This document shows, piece after piece, positions 24,594 through 39,381 of a DNA stretch of 64,000 bases. Numbering within the stretch: the first letter of the stretch is position 1; each line of letters opens with the position of its first letter. The notes below the pieces were generated by a model. The model saw only the letters and a program-made list of their open reading frames with translations, did not search any database and was not told the origin of the DNA. The position numbers were made by a program, and so were the translations under genes. Source of the stretch: Lingula anatina (lineage: Eukaryota; Animalia; Brachiopoda); contig CM120640.1 of NCBI GenBank assembly GCA_051362555.1, positions 61,792,788 through 61,856,787 on the forward strand. The letters are read 5' to 3'.

Positions 24594-27399
24594 ATGTCAA
24601 TTTCTTTTACGTTAGTCTTTTTTGCCTTTTTGGGCTGCAGCACGTTGGTGAGATGTGCATATCAAGACGATCCATTTTATTACGACAAATTTCCAGACGG
24701 CTTTCTGTGGAGTACAGCGACATCCTCCTACCAAATTGAAGGTGGATGGAACTCTTCTGGTGAGTGTTATACTGGTATACTATACACAAAGTATGCCGTT
24801 AATGAACGATAACAATTAAAACGTGTGGGTATTATAAAGCTTGTAGCACTAGATAACGGACATATACATCTTTGGCAGTTCCCATTAGCTTTCTGTGATT
24901 TAACGTCGCAAAAATGATGAACTCATGTTGGCATTGCCTTATTTAAATATCCAATTTACATTGTGAATGTGTAGGACTTAATCCAATCATATGGTGATTA
25001 AGGATATCTTTCTGTCTGTCAGTGATGGTCGTTTTGATACTTTTGGTCCAGTCTGTACTCCGGTATGTACCACAGTACAAGGACCACGCCAAAGGAATAC
25101 TTGACATAAGTAAACACACTTAATACAATCCAAACTGGCTCTTCATTCTTATCACAGAGATTGAGATGTGTCTATATACAGTGGTTGAATAACAGCACGC
25201 ACTTGTTTAAGTAATATATCAGTCAGTGCGTCCTCATCTAATTCCCTTGGTTATCGAAATGGCCTCAGAAAGCATGGAATACGTTACACATATGGGATAT
25301 TCCTTCCGTCACCTTTGGTACTTCCAGTGTGTTTCTTTTGCTTTTTGTACATTAATGTTTTGTCTTTTATAGTCATTTTGAAATAACTTGGCTTCCTTTC
25401 GAGTTGTCCTAAATTACACTGGACTTTAAATTTCATTAATTTTTCTCGTAACTACGTATTTAGCTAAGTGCAACATTTAAGAATTTCCATTTTCCCATAT
25501 GAAGTTTAAGCTGATAAGTTTGATGTCTCAGTCCATTTTCAGCTATCTGGACATAAGATTTTAACTGTTTTATTTAACTGAGATGACAATTTCCCTCCAG
25601 AAAAAGGTGAAAACATCTGGGACCGTTTTACGCACACCTGCTGTCACATAGAAGATAATTCCACTGGGGATGTTGCGTGTGATAGTTATAATAAGATCCA
25701 AGACGATGTCCAATTGCTGAAAAATCTCGGGGTTTGTATCATAATGTGACATCGCAAGTTGTCTTGGAGGGGGGCGGGAAAGCGAATGAATTAGAAATTA
25801 AAGAGAGTGTTTTGGGATTTGTTAGGGTAGCTTGACTTAGACTGGGCTCCCACAGATTTAGATCGATCCAACTCCCCCCCCCCCCTTACAGCTTTTTGTA
25901 GGCGGGACAGACATATAAGCCGGTTAAGCTGACAGCAATCTAGTGAGATTCTCCAGGGGGATAGATCGATCTAAACATCTGTGGGGATGGTCTCTTAAAT
26001 ACGACATGCTTAAAGTATTGATAATTTAATTAATAATAAACAAAATATAGAAATTGGCGACTATGTATAAAAGAGAGTTATTGCATCCATTTCGAATAGG
26101 GCATTTTGTTTTAAATTAAGAAAGGGCATTTTGTTAAAAAGCAACATATTAAAAAACATGCAGAGTTATTTTAATTTTTGTTTATTGCCAACAGGTTTCG
26201 CATTACCGGTTCTCCATTTCTTGGTCACGAATCATGGCTGATGGAACGAACGCCACATTAAAAAGCGGGGGTATTGATTATTACAACAGACTTATCGACG
26301 CACTTAAGGAAGCCAACATAGAGCCAATGGTGACGCTTTATCACTGGGACCTTCCACAGGCACTACAGGACATCGGTGGGTGGGAGAATGAAACGCTGGT
26401 TGGCTACTTTAACGAGTACGCAAGGACATGTTTCAAGAACTTTGGGGAAAAGGTAGAATCTGCATTTTGTTTACGAAACTATAAATTTGTTTTTTTTTTT
26501 TCATTTCTAAACGTTAATATTTACGTAGGTGCTGGTTTGTGCTTATACTTCTTAAAGATTTTAAGAGGTTGGGAATGTTGTCAAGGAAACTATTACCATT
26601 TAATTATGGCATATAAACTTGGTTTTCAGCATTTATTTCAGATGTATTGATATTGTAGGAGCACATATGAGAAACGTTCTATTGAGCAAATGTCAAATTG
26701 TAATGTTCTTTATTTGTTACAGGTAAAGCTTTGGTTGACATTCAACGAACCATTTGTTGTTGTGTGGGTGGGGCTAGGATTTGGGGCACATGCCCCTGGA
26801 ATCTCTGACAGACCAGGGGAGGCACCTTACAAGGCCGCTCACACCATTATTAAATCACACGCTGAAGCATGGCATACTTATGATGACGAATTCAGATCGA
26901 CACAGAAAGGTAGAAATAGAAAAAATATATTACGGATAAAGATCAATCGCATGATGTGCATCAAACTTCGGGCTAAATGTAGCATAAGAATATAAAAAAT
27001 TCAAATTCACTGTAAATTTCTAATAGTCTTACGTATACCATAATACACATCTCATATATTTAAGGTCGCATCTCCATCACACTGGATTCTGACTGGAAAG
27101 GGCCAAAAGATCCAAACAGTGCCGATGACAAAGCTGCCTCCGAGAGGGCCATGCAGTTCAAGCTCGGATGGTTCGCGAATCCAATTTTCAAAAATGGCGA
27201 CTACCCAGATGTAATGAAGGAATTGATCGCCAATAAGAGTGCTGAAGAGGGTCGAAGCACATCAAGGTTACCAGAATTCACGGATTCTGAAAAAGCCAGA
27301 ATAAATGGTATTTTGAATTTAAGTAATCATATTTCTGTATAAGTATATATATTCATTTACACTTTAGTGTCTGGTACTGTCGAATTACAAGTATGCAAG

Positions 27400-27456
<57 letters not shown>

Positions 27457-28681
27457 GTAACTAAGCTACCAGCGCCTGCATTCTTATTAAGGTCAACATT
27501 TATTGTTACGACATTTCTTACCTTACACCTGCAAATCATTGCGTTTTAGGTACATTTGATTTCTTTGGGTTAAATCATTACACGACTCAGCTGATAACCA
27601 CCAAGTACCGCATTGACAAAAAACCAAATTATGGTTCTGACATGGACGCTGAAGAGAGCCAGGATCCCAGCTGGCAAAGGTAACACTTTTTACAACAGAG
27701 TCTTTAAATTAATATATAATTAATTTTGGGATAAACATGTCAAACACACCAACAGTATTTAGCTTATGTCATTTTCAAAAGTTTTATTCAAGATTATAAA
27801 TACAAGTATGTGTGGCTGATAACATGGACACCTCACACCTCGTTGTTTTCAACAGTTGCGTTGTCTCCTGTGGTGAAATAAATGTACAGTATGCAATCAT
27901 ATAAAACGATTTTAAACGTTTATGTTGCCGTACCAGGGCCGGATCTTCCTGGCTGTATGTCGTACCGTGGGGTCTGAGAGCACTGCTGAACTGGATAAAG
28001 GACAATTACGGAAACCCAGAGTTGTACATTACGGAAAATGGCGTTTCCGATCGGAATGCATCTCTACAGGACGACCACAGAGTGGAGTTCTACAGGAACT
28101 ACATCAACAACGTCTTGAAAGGTACCTTCTTCTCTTCTCAATCTTCCCGTATTCGTGCAGTAATCTTAACAGTGCGAGGATTGCAGTGATATATGACCTC
28201 GTTATATTTTCTTGTTCAAGAAGCCCCTGGTACTATATCAGTAATCACTATGATTTAAGTTTATTATTCATACAAATAACAATACATTATGTTATTTCTC
28301 GTATTTACGATTGTTTCCATGGTGCTCAATAGAATAATCTTTATTTTTACAACTTATAATTCAGCCATCAACAAAGACGGATGCAACGTTAAAGGCTACA
28401 CTGCCTGGTCTCTAATGGATAACTTCGAGTGGGCGGCAGGTTACAAAGAGAAATTTGGACTCCATTACGTCGATTTTTCGGACCCTGCCCGACCACGAAA
28501 AGCAAAGAAATCTGCCGAGTTCTACAAGCAACTTATTAAAGATAATGGTTTTAATGCTCCTACTAGTGCTCCTACTAGTGCTAGTCCTACTAGTGCTCCT
28601 ACTAGTGCTGTTGGGCCCCGTCACCGCGCCTCTTCGGTTCTGTTTATGGTTGTGACATTATTAATCGAATTTCTAATGTGA
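24594..28681 (+). CDS. GH1 beta-glucosidase copy B; signal peptide, PTSA-repeat stalk, GPI-like tail
   Basis: Exons 24594-24759, 25601-25731, 26195-26452, 26723-26909, 27065-27307, 27550-27679, 27937-28121, 28365-28681. [23 protein letters not shown] and [10 protein letters not shown] are intact. Probable 5'UTR intron ~24456-24558. Confidence 0.93.
25849..25985. mobile_element. Short inverted-repeat element (probable MITE remnant) in intron 2 of GH1 copy B
   Basis: CCCACAGATTTAGATCGATC pairs with GATCGATCTAAACATCTGTGGG. No clean TSD was found. Confidence 0.45.
27402..27452. repeat. (TA)n microsatellite
   Basis: Direct reading. Confidence 0.9.
28556..28609 (+). repeat. Coding 12-bp tandem repeat (CCTACTAGTGCT = PTSA) x4 in the GH1 copy B stalk
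   Basis: [18 protein letters not shown] is encoded by near-identical 12-mers. Confidence 0.85.
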
Positions 28682-29779
28682 ATTTTTGAAAAAGCGTAAT
28701 AACGCCCATATCAAACGTATGAAGCATTATTTTGTCCAATTTTGCCATGTGAAGCAAGATCATTATCTATTTTTCAATGCACGTTTTAAAGCAAGTCGTT
28801 CCTGGTAGGTAAATTACTTTTTCTTATTGTCTTGAACATATTGAATTGAAAAAAAATTAAGTTGTTTCACTTTCTGGGCCCAAAATCCTTATAACATTTC
28901 TTTTTTTATATATTTTTTTAATTATGATTATTATCGAAGTAGAACTATTAAACACAATCGAACTATACCTAAAAGTTAAGAGCGCATATGCAAAAAAGTT
29001 GCACGAGGGCGTGTGTTCTGCGTCACAGAATAGGGTCCAATACAGCATGATGAAATTTTGACCTAATGGTGTAAAAATCCTTGTCAAAATAAAAAGAGCT
29101 TTCGTTTGTTTGAATGAATCATTTTATAGACGAAAATTAACTCAAGACTTTTATAACAACAAGCTTTGCGATCAGAGGTTAAAAACTATTTAGAATAATC
29201 TTGGTGCGAACTTACCGATCCTGCTGCCTTTAGACTAAATACCAGTGCGTGATTTAATAAAGAAGTGCTTTAAAAGTGACTGGAATTTTTCTTTTCTAGT
29301 TTATAGTTTTTATATTGCTATGATATGACTTTTTTTAACTACACTCGAGCTAAGAATGATGACAGTTTTTTGGAATTTTCGTTTCAAAGTTTAATGGGAT
29401 TTTGGTCACAAAACCTTTAATAAAGCTGACTGTAGCATTTACCAATGAACGACTTACAAAGTGGATTTAACTCCTCGTGTAATGTTAAACAGTTGGTTAA
29501 AATTGTATTTCCTATATAACAAAACTAGATAAAATGGCGGCTACATGTGCACTTACACCGTCGTCACTGGTGATTGTGATTACAAAGCAGTTTTGTTCTG
29601 CACATTTGCGTGGTGCCAATGCTTCGACTTAAAGCCTCATAGAAGTTGAGAAAAAAAATCAAAAGGACAATGATGTTCGCTTTAGAATGAAGAGCAGGTC
29701 GTGTCATCTTAAATGGTCAATAGACCCCCCTTTACACAGGAAGGTAACATTTGATCCTCATTTGTGCGACCACGAAACT

Positions 29780-29938
29780 GACCAGGGCCCCGTAACTCGA
29801 AAGCATCGCGCATTGCGACCGAGCGCAAGCGTTTCGATTCCATAACTCGCCCATACTCGCCCCATATAATACATTGTAGCCTCTATTTGGTATCGCTATT
29901 CGCAATAACCGATGATTTCGAGTTACTGGGCCCTGGTC
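29780..29938. mobile_element. Short MITE with GGGCCC-type termini (PIF/Harbinger-like)
   Basis: GACCAGGGCCCCGTAACTCGAAAGCATCG pairs with CGATGATTTCGAGTTACTGGGCCCTGGTC. The superfamily is inferred from the termini only. Confidence 0.55.
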
Positions 29939-30129
29939 GCCGTTGTATGGCCAAAGGAGATACACTGTACGGTGGTCGATCATATCGTGCAAGGGTGGTG
30001 GGCAGGACGTTCACACATCACCGTGGATGCCAAGGACCCGTTACACCGGAACATTTTGAACCCCTAAACCAATTGCTCTGAGGTCGCGGTGAAGCCTAGC
30101 CATCTTGCTATGACCGACATACACCACCT

Positions 30130-31420
30130 GGTTTAGTTTGGTTTGTTTTCCATAACGGTGTGGCAACATAAACAACAAATAGTAATGCACGATAAAAACA
30201 GACACAGAGTTTATAACCAAATGCTGCTGATAACTAAATTATACATGTAGGGCCTACAAAACTGCGAATACGCTTTGAACACAAAATCTACAATAACTTC
30301 CACGGGACCTTCATGTAGCTCATATACTGTAAACTATTAAAGTTGAGCTCATACGGCTTTCTTTAGTCAGAGGGCATTCAAGTAGTACATGCCTCTCTAT
30401 CTGCACTGATATCCAACAAACAGCCTATCCTCTCTAGTAATATGGGTCAATCGCCCAGTCTCTTTAGCCAGCTTATGCGACGGAGACGTGGGAACATTAA
30501 CCTCTTGCACTCTGGGATATCAATGGTTTGCTTGCATACACTATGAGCTGACAATTGAGGATATTGTCTCTCGGTACACAATAAATATGCATCAACTTTT
30601 TGATGAAATTGGCTTCCTTGACTCCGTTTCCCAACGTCTGCAGATTCCAATACACTTGTTATTTAAAGGCGTTTGTCCTACTTGTTACAAAGAAGTTCCA
30701 TACACAATTTGAAGGGTCATCTATAACCCCTCTCCTCTGGGAAATAAGCTTTGACATTTGCCCCATTTTGGCCGCCCTAACACGGGATCACCACATAACC
30801 GGTCTCGATTAAACAAACCAGGTTAAGAGAAGTGGCCCGTACACGCAATAGAGTTTTGACAGCAGTCGTACATGTATATTGCTTAAACAATTGTCTAGCC
30901 AAGACTCGCAGCTATATAAGGTCGCCGGTAAAAATAACATTTCAAAAACCCTTCTTTTGGCCAAAAATCACTTCCACATTTTAGTTCACGAAGGCAAAAA
31001 AATTTTCAAACACGGTATCTCTTTGGTCTGCACTGGTTATCTAGTAGCACACTTTGTAAACGGCCATCTTGTGTGAATAAAAATACCTCAATATCACCAA
31101 TTCTTATAGGGGCTTTATCGCCTACCTCTTCATTGATGACCATGAATTCAGTTTTAGATTGATTTATTTCTATTTTCGAATTTTCACAAAAATCGACAAG
31201 GATACTTATTTTTCTAATGGAATTTTCTCTACATGTTGCAAAGAAGATCGTGTCATGCACTTTAATAGTGAGTGGAGATTCTCTAAAGATCCATCTGGTT
31301 TACATTTATTTTTGGGATGTCCGTTAAACTGGCTAACATACAAAGTGAACAGAAGACAGATTGTAGGAGAACCCTGCATTACACCTGCACACGTCATTAT
31401 TCTTGCAACAACTGGAATCA
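30130..31420 (-). mobile_element. 5'-truncated, decayed non-LTR retrotransposon (LINE) ORF2 fragment
   Basis: Frameshifted minus-strand peptides: GVMQGSPTICLLFTLYV (RT GVxQGxxxS motif), KISILVDFCENSKIEINQSKTEFMVIN (late RT), HKLAKETGR (cf. SHRLxIETGR), ERHVLLECPL (C-terminal zinc-knuckle end). An AAAC-like tail lies near 30130-30150. Confidence 0.75.
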
Positions 31421-32373
31421 TCCATGTCCAAGTACATAGCAGTCAAAGTTCCAACTATTCGCTCCCACACCATGAAGTTTTCAACTTTAAAATGAGCGAG
31501 GAGACTTTGGGGGACTTTTGGAGGACTTGTCTAACGTCTTCTTTAACAGCTGCGTGACAGGCTTAAATTTACGACTAAGTTAAGACTGGCATAAACACTA
31601 GTCCAGTATGGTGCAACTGGCTTAATTCTCGGGCTTATCGTTTTGTCTGTTGGAGCAATCGGGGACTGAGCTGTACATGTTTATGATGTAGCCTACGAAA
31701 TGACCAAGTGTCTGAACCCAATGCAATGTTTATCACGCTTTAAATATCGTGTGTCATCCACAGATGCTCCTTCTTCATATATGTTCCAAGTTCAAATATT
31801 TTACGTTGACATCATTTAATAACGGTTTAAGACATCATAAGGATAGACGGCTGTTGGGTTATTTATTCAAGACAACTAGGTACAGCGAACTTTGTGATTT
31901 AATGCTTAGATAACATTGTTTGATGTTATATGAGGTCAATTATAAATGCATGCTGCTGAGGGTGGCGATGGTGATGCCATTTGAAATCCGTATGATTTGA
32001 TGTCATAAAATATAACTGAGCATCAAAAGGCATAGGTTAGCCACTGGTATATACGCAACGGTGAATTACTGTAACTGATGTTATGTCTTCCCTCCTTACA
32101 CATACCACTACTCAATCCTTTGTGAGCTAAACATGCTTTGTGCAACAATTGAGGTACATGTATACAAGTCTCACATAAAGACACTGTTCATATCGCACTG
32201 CGGACCTCCCCCCCCCCCCCAATACTGATAAAGGTTTGATGGTTAAGTATTAAGTCAATAAACTGAAGAGAAGGAGCACCGAGCCGCTCGACAGAGATTA
32301 CTCTCTTTTCAAAACCAAAAATCCCGATCAAAAGTTCTTTTCCTGGCTCTTTTTCCATTTCTATACAAAAAGG

Positions 32374-35300
32374 ATGTTTCTTGGAACACTGGTAGCAGTC
32401 TTAGGGCTTTTGGTCTGCCCGTCGTTGCAATCCTGCTGCGGTGATGACGATCCATTTCTCAACGACACCTTCCCCAAGGATTTCATGTGGAGCACGGCCA
32501 CGGCGTCCTACCAGATAGAAGGCGCATGGAATATAGATGGTAAAATGTCATGTTAAATTTTTCTTACCACTCAGTTCAGTGTTATTCCTCAAGGCACATT
32601 AGAAAGAGTTGCGGCATGGCTAAGTCTGCTAAGATAATATAATTCCGGGTACGATGACATTTTCCCCGATGGGAAGTGCATGCAATATCAGCAAAGTTTT
32701 TTTAAATTTCTTAATATTACAGACTTGACATTTAATATGGAATATTTCAGTTTCGAAGGTATACCTAGGTAAAAATACGTTCTTTTTTCATAAAACTCCG
32801 ATCTCATATAAGATTTGTGAATGTAAAAGTGTGCAGTCAGGTGTGTCACTACCAATTAACTGACTTTCATGCCTGTTGCGCTGCTACATTATGTAATTTG
32901 CAGTGATTAAATTGGGTAGTGTTCCTTTGGGCTGATCAAAGCTTGGCTTAGGCAAAGCTTGGTTCTGTCAAAAAAATATCCATATTTCGGCAACTACTGC
33001 ATAGAAGAATTTGAAATTTTGCATGCAAGCGGTCAGTTTTGCAGTGCGTAAAATGAGCCAAGTAGTGCATTACAAATTTGTTAATCTAAGGCAGAATGGC
33101 GCGAAAAAGACAACCATAACCAGACAGATCATAGCGCCAAACGGAACGGTCCCCACAGTTTTATAGAGTAATGCCCAGACTGATGTACCTGCACAGAGGT
33201 GACCCCCAATGTATCAAAATTTTACCTACAGGGTACAGGACCCACTGTCTTTCGGTATACGCTGCTGCAACTCAACAAAAAACACTTAGTCCGTTCAGAA
33301 CGAGGGGTAAATTGCCACTAAAATGCATTTTTCAAAGCCCTTAGCGAACACTAAACTGGTTTTAGCAGGTAAGAACACCAAATGACCTCCGAGGTACCCA
33401 CTGTATACAGCAAAACATCGTCGTCTGTTTCTCTAATGATTTGGGGGCCATGAACGATTCTGGGTAGAACACTGAAACTGCGTGGTTTTCTTTATTGAGG
33501 TCAGATTTCACCTGTACCGCCCAATTAGTCAAAACAGAGTTTACAGATATCCAGAAGAGGCCTACGACGAAGCATATGCCGGGTCTAAAGTGACAAGGGT
33601 GATTGACAGCGTCAGTATTTGGAGTAGATTCCACATTGGTGCCAAAACACCAACGGTAGTCATCGACGAAAACCTGAACCAGATCAAATAAAGGCATAAT
33701 CTCGGAACCACTTGACTATCATTTGATAGGGGGCACCTTAGGAACAATTCTAGGTTGCACGATGAGGTTGCAGGTTCACACAGAGCACTTTTAATAGCAG
33801 ATAACTTACAGAACCAAGGGAATGAGCAGCTACCCTGGTCATCAAAATCGCCACATTTGAACCACATAGACAATATTTCGGTAGACCATTACTCACCAAT
33901 CAACTGCCTACATGTCCTACAACAAAACTGGACCAGATTGGACAATTTTAGACCGATGCCTGGAATGCTATTCCAGATTGACCTCTTAAAACCTACCCAC
34001 AAGAAATGCCTTGCCGCTTGAGAGCGCTGGCAACAGCCACGAAGAGGCCAGGCGTAACAACGACCATTACTGTGAATAGCAACTGACATGAGGGTCTTTT
34101 GTGGAGCGTATTACCCTTTTGCAGACGATAATTTGGAAAATATGGAGATCTAAATTATCTCTTTTAATGGGAGTCGTATGACATGGAATAGGCAACGTGT
34201 TTTTGTTTGCTTCTCTGGCGAATTCCATTAATGAACTGATGTCACAATGACATCAAAGAGATAATTTAAAGTTATTAAAACACGATTTTAATCCTTATTT
34301 TCATTTATCAGTCAGCAAAATAGGAAAAAACTGATAAAAAATTATTTCGAAAAAAATATTCCATATTAAATGTCAAGTCTGTATATTGATATTATATATT
34401 CCAAAGCAAAAAAAAAAAAAAAAAAAGAATAATACCAGAAACAAAACAGAGCTACATCACGCAGACAAGCTTTCGTAGCATGTTAATGTGCTTCAGAAAT
34501 TTTTTACAATTTGGTGTTCAATATTCATTATTATCAAAGTATCTCAAAACAATCAAAAAAGATATGAGAACCTTAGATTGTTATACATTTCAAAAAAAAA
34601 AAAAAAACAGAAAAAAAGAAATACACAGCGCCTCATTTGGCGCTCCCATTATGAATTTACATTGACTCGTTTTCGAGAAATCAGAAATGGCTGTTATAAC
34701 CAGGACATTGAATTAAATGTTATATCGTTTAATTATTGTCCAAAAAATGAGTTTGAAATAAGTGCTTTATTTTTCACCAGTTAATTAAATATTAGGTATC
34801 TGTTTGCTTTTATTATTTTCTCGGACTCTGTAAGCCCCACTGGAGTAAATACGCTTTCAGTTACCCCTCGGTTGAATGCTTGGTCATATAACTTGCATCG
34901 AGCCTTACCAAATGGGTTTCTGCAACTGTAATAAAATGATTTAAGTAAACACATACAAATGCAATCGACTTATGGGTATCTGAGTTACAATTATTATTAT
35001 TTCTTTCATGTAACATTGCCCGAGTTCCACTGCCCGTGTTATCTTAGCAAGTATAACTTATCCAACCTACACACTACTTCAACAAAGTTTAAAAACGGTT
35101 ATACTCTCAATTCCAGGTAAAGGTGAGAACATCTGGGATAATTTCACACACAGTTGCTGTCCTATTGAGGGTAACGCAACTGGTGACGTTGCGTGTGACA
35201 GTTATCATAAGTACCAAGCTGACGTAGAAGCCTTGAAGTTCCTTGGGGTAAGTTATAATTTTTTTCATTTGCAAATAATGACAAAAGCCACTCCAGTTGT

Positions 35301-38300
35301 GCAGATGCGCCTCTGTAATTTGAAACAGATGCAATAAGTCGTTGTTACAAACGCCATCGTGAAGTAGTATTGGGTGGATTCACTTAACATTTCCTCAATT
35401 TTTAGAATACTTGACTAGCTTTACTATATAAAATGAATTGTATGTTTCATTAAAACTGGTTATGCGCGATTTATTATCAAATACAGAATAATAGTGTATT
35501 TAATGCAAACGCATTTTTTATGATCAACAGATATTAAATATCTGAAGATTTGAAAAAATATTTTCATATTCACCAAATAAGTATTGTTTTAATAAAGATC
35601 TATATCCATTTATATATTGATAAACTAATCTTTTTTAGGTTGAATTCTATCGTTTTTCTATATCCTGGTCCCGCGTTATGCCAGATGGCACAAACGCTAC
35701 TATCAACCGTAAAGGCATCGAGTACTACAAAAACGTCCTCCGATCTCTTAAAGCTGCCAAAATCAAACCCATGGTGACGCTTTACCACTGGGATCTTCCC
35801 CAAGCCCTCCAGACCAAATATGGTGGTTGGGTAAACGAGACGCTGGTTGGTCTGTTCAAAGAATATGCCAGGCTTTGTTTTAAGGAGTTTGGGGACGATG
35901 TACGTAATTAGTTGAGCCTTTTTCATTTAGACTGACCCACTGTGAATTTAGTTATATAGAACATTTATTTAGTCTACCTGAGGACAAGCATCAAATTGTT
36001 TTTTTTTTTCTGATCAAAGCCGATGAGCTTTCGCTTTCCCTTGTTCGTTATCATAAGAAAGGAGGTAAACAAATTTAAATACACTGTAGTTTTCCAAGTT
36101 TACGACTCTAAATCGCCTGTTTCTTGAAATAAGTATTACATTGTATATAAACCAAGAATTAAAGTTTGGTATTGTTGTTGCATGTATCATCAACAACTTG
36201 CAATAGCCATTGACATAACCGCATTGATAATGCAATTGTTGTAAACAGGTTAAGTGGTGGATCACGTTTAACGAGCCCTGGGTGGTCACATTCCTGGGAT
36301 ATGGGGCTGGGCAAGATGCCCCTGGGATCAAAGACCCTGGATACAGTCCTTACAACGCCGCACACACCATTATCAAGGCTCACGCAGAAGCTTATCACCT
36401 CTACCAAGAAGAGTTTAATCAAGATAAAGAAGGTATTTTATCACTGTTATTAATTTACTAGGTGTCATGGACTGCAGTTCAACGTTTACTCTTTATTGAT
36501 ACAGAACTAAGGCACTAGGTACTTGTATGTTTTATTAAACGGTGACAAATTCGGACACGGCCATATATCGTGTCCTATGTCACGTACACAGCTGACCTTT
36601 ATCAGTTGAAGATGAAACACTTGAACGATAACACGTGCCTACATGTACTTGTAAAAAACTAATGAAATACCAGTCACTACCAATGATAGAGCAAAGAAAA
36701 GTCAAGAATAGAGTTTAAGCAAATTTACCTTTTGTGAGAATCATTTCCTTCATCATCATCACTTTTCTCCAAGAAATGGCTCATTATTCGCTTTCTAGAA
36801 GCTACCGACATTAACAGAGATATTGTGTCAAAAATTCCCTTGACAACATCTGACCGCAAAGAGTACAATTTTAAAATTGCCACGAAGTGTCACACCGTCA
36901 AGCTACAATGTGACGAATAAATAAATAAATAGATGGAGATTCCAGGTTGTGAACAAAGGCTATTGATTATATCAATATACTATCCATATTCTAGGTAAAA
37001 TTTCTATAACATTAAATGCGGACTGGTATGAGCCTAGAACATCGGGACAAGAGGACAAGAAGGCAGCTGAGAGAGCGGAGCAGTTTCAGCTGGGTTGGTT
37101 TGCTCACCCCATCTACGTCAACGGTGACTACCCTGAAATCATGAAAACACAAGTTCAGAAAAAAAGTACTGGTACATCAAGACTGCCAGCATTTTCAGAG
37201 GAGGAAAAGAAAAGAATAAACGGTATGATACATGTAGAATTTTATGCAATGTCCCATTTCTTCATCGCTTTGTATAAGAAAGCATTCCCATTTAAAACCG
37301 GGTCATTTTATCTGTATTGTTTCAATTAGAACACAGTGCTATTTGCATATTGTTGATTTTCATCTATTTTCTATCCAGGTACGTTTGATTTCTTCGGCTT
37401 GAACCACTATACCACACAGTTAATTAGTAATAACGCCACTGGCAGAAATAAACCTGACTACTCTCTAGACCAGGAAGTGGATTCTACACGTAACTACCAA
37501 AATTGGCCAAGGTAAAAATCTCAAAACATTTAACTTGAATACATGTTTTTTTTATATTATTTTTTTAATTAATTGCCTTTTTATTGATGTTTATCTGTTA
37601 CAAGTGTTGTTGATGTTTTTGAATTCTAGCTGAAATGCTGGTACTGGTACCTCTTTCCTACTGGTACAGTTGGATCACGTTCGTACTGTGATATATTTCC
37701 TTATGTTTTTTCTTTGTTCTAGCTCTGGGTCTGTGTGGCTGTACGTGGTACCATGGGGTCTGCGGAACTTGCTGAAATGGATAAGAGATGAATATGGAAA
37801 CCCGAACGTCTTCATCACAGAAAACGGAATGTCTGACAGGAACCGAACATTCAGTGGGATTATGAACGATACACACAGGATATTCTACTACAAACACTAC
37901 ATCAATAATGTACTTAAAGGTGCGTATGCAACAGCAAATCTTAATATTTAAGGAGTCTACTGTTTAATGTCTCTGAAAATACATGTAACAATTGCACCAA
38001 TGCCAATGGTAAGTGCAGCAATCCTTTTCATCTTGCCAAACTTCAAATACCTTTCAACCATTAAGATTGAAAGTTTAAAAAACATTCATTATATATATTA
38101 AACCTAAATCACATGACTGACCTCATTCCTTTATTTCAGCGATCAAGAAAGACAATTGTAACGTGATCGGCTACACTGCGTGGTCACTGATTGACAACTT
38201 TGAGTGGTCACGTGGTTATGAAGAAAAATTCGGCCTCCATTTTGTGAACATGTCTGACCCTGCGCGGCCACGAGTTGCAAAGGACTCAGCAAGATACTAC

Positions 38301-38438
38301 AAACAGATAGTGAAGGACAATGGCTTCCCTGAACCTAGGCATGCCTCTTCAAGCGCATTTACACTCGATTGCTTCTGGTCGGTGTTTTCCTCCGGCGTAT
38401 TAACGACTTTCATTTTCCATCTGATGAACAAAATGTAG
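32374..38438 (+). CDS. GH1 beta-glucosidase copy C; signal peptide and hydrophobic C-terminal tail
   Basis: Exons 32374-32539, 35117-35247, 35639-35899, 36249-36432, 36995-37222, 37379-37511, 37723-37919, 38140-38438. [23 protein letters not shown] and [10 protein letters not shown] are intact. Tail: [21 protein letters not shown]. Confidence 0.93.
32720..34381 (+). mobile_element. Tc1/mariner DNA transposon with a decayed transposase, in intron 1 of GH1 copy C
   Basis: 28-bp perfect TIR CAGACTTGACATTTAATATGGAATATTT at both ends, with a TA TSD (32718-32719, 34382-34383). Internal remnants: [10 protein letters not shown] (cf. FSDESRF), [34 protein letters not shown] (cf. QDNAPxH), [16 protein letters not shown] (cf. 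WPxxSPDLNPIEN). Stops are present and catalytic residues are mutated. Confidence 0.88.
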
Positions 38439-39381
38439 AATCCTAGATAGCTTGATGAAGACAAACATTTAAACAAACTACAAATCAATGTCTTGGTAAG
38501 GTATTTTTACAGAGCGGTTAAATAGTACAGATAAAACTACAGATAAAACTACCATATGTAAAATGTATTTTTCATGTGATATGTCTGCTTTGTTTTAAGT
38601 AGGCCTACCAATGTTAAAATTGTATTTTTCACAAAGAAAATCTAAGTCATTAATAATTTAATAATTTTCATATTTAGTTTTGACATTTGAAGTGGATGGA
38701 AAGACAAAAGTAAAAAACAGAAGGACACTTTAAAACTGTTATACCGCTACTCAGTACATGTAGTCGACAAATTCTACTTCGTAAATAGACATGATATATT
38801 TGTATTCGAAAAGAAATCGGCTTTGCCTGAACATATCTAAGCACATCATGTGCATCAGAATACAACATCGCCATATGAAAAATAAATGCATGATAAAAAA
38901 CCATACACCCAGCGTCACGCATTTTTGCACGCCCCGCCCCCTCCGAAAAGATATAAAAGTATAGTCAGATGAACACCATTTTAATATACAGAAATAGTCG
39001 TAGAGCATTCTGTAAAAATATTCGATTTTTTTTTATTTGCAAAAACCTCCAAGTTCTATATTTAAAGGGTCCACAAATCACCGGAGTAGAGATAGAAAAA
39101 GGCAGAGAGAAGTAGGCATTAAAATATGTCATTGTGACAAAGTGCGTTAGGTGCGTTCAACAGTTTTGTTGACGGCAATCAACATTGCTACATGTGTATT
39201 AGTCCATGAGCCAGACATTTTTTTGGTACCAAAAAAGGGCCAAATTCTCATAGTGATTTTTAGTAAGGCCTATGTCTCTAATGCCCAAATATGTGTGATA
39301 GCCTTCTCATACTGGTAGCTTTTTGGGTGCTATCACACCTTATATAACCCCACCCCTGCAGCAGCAAGGACTTTTTCTAGA

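Noticed and set aside
29940-30125. tRNA gene or tRNA-derived SINE on the minus strand (GGTTCAAA B-box-like)
   Set aside because: No cloverleaf or convincing A box could be built and there is no second copy in the window.
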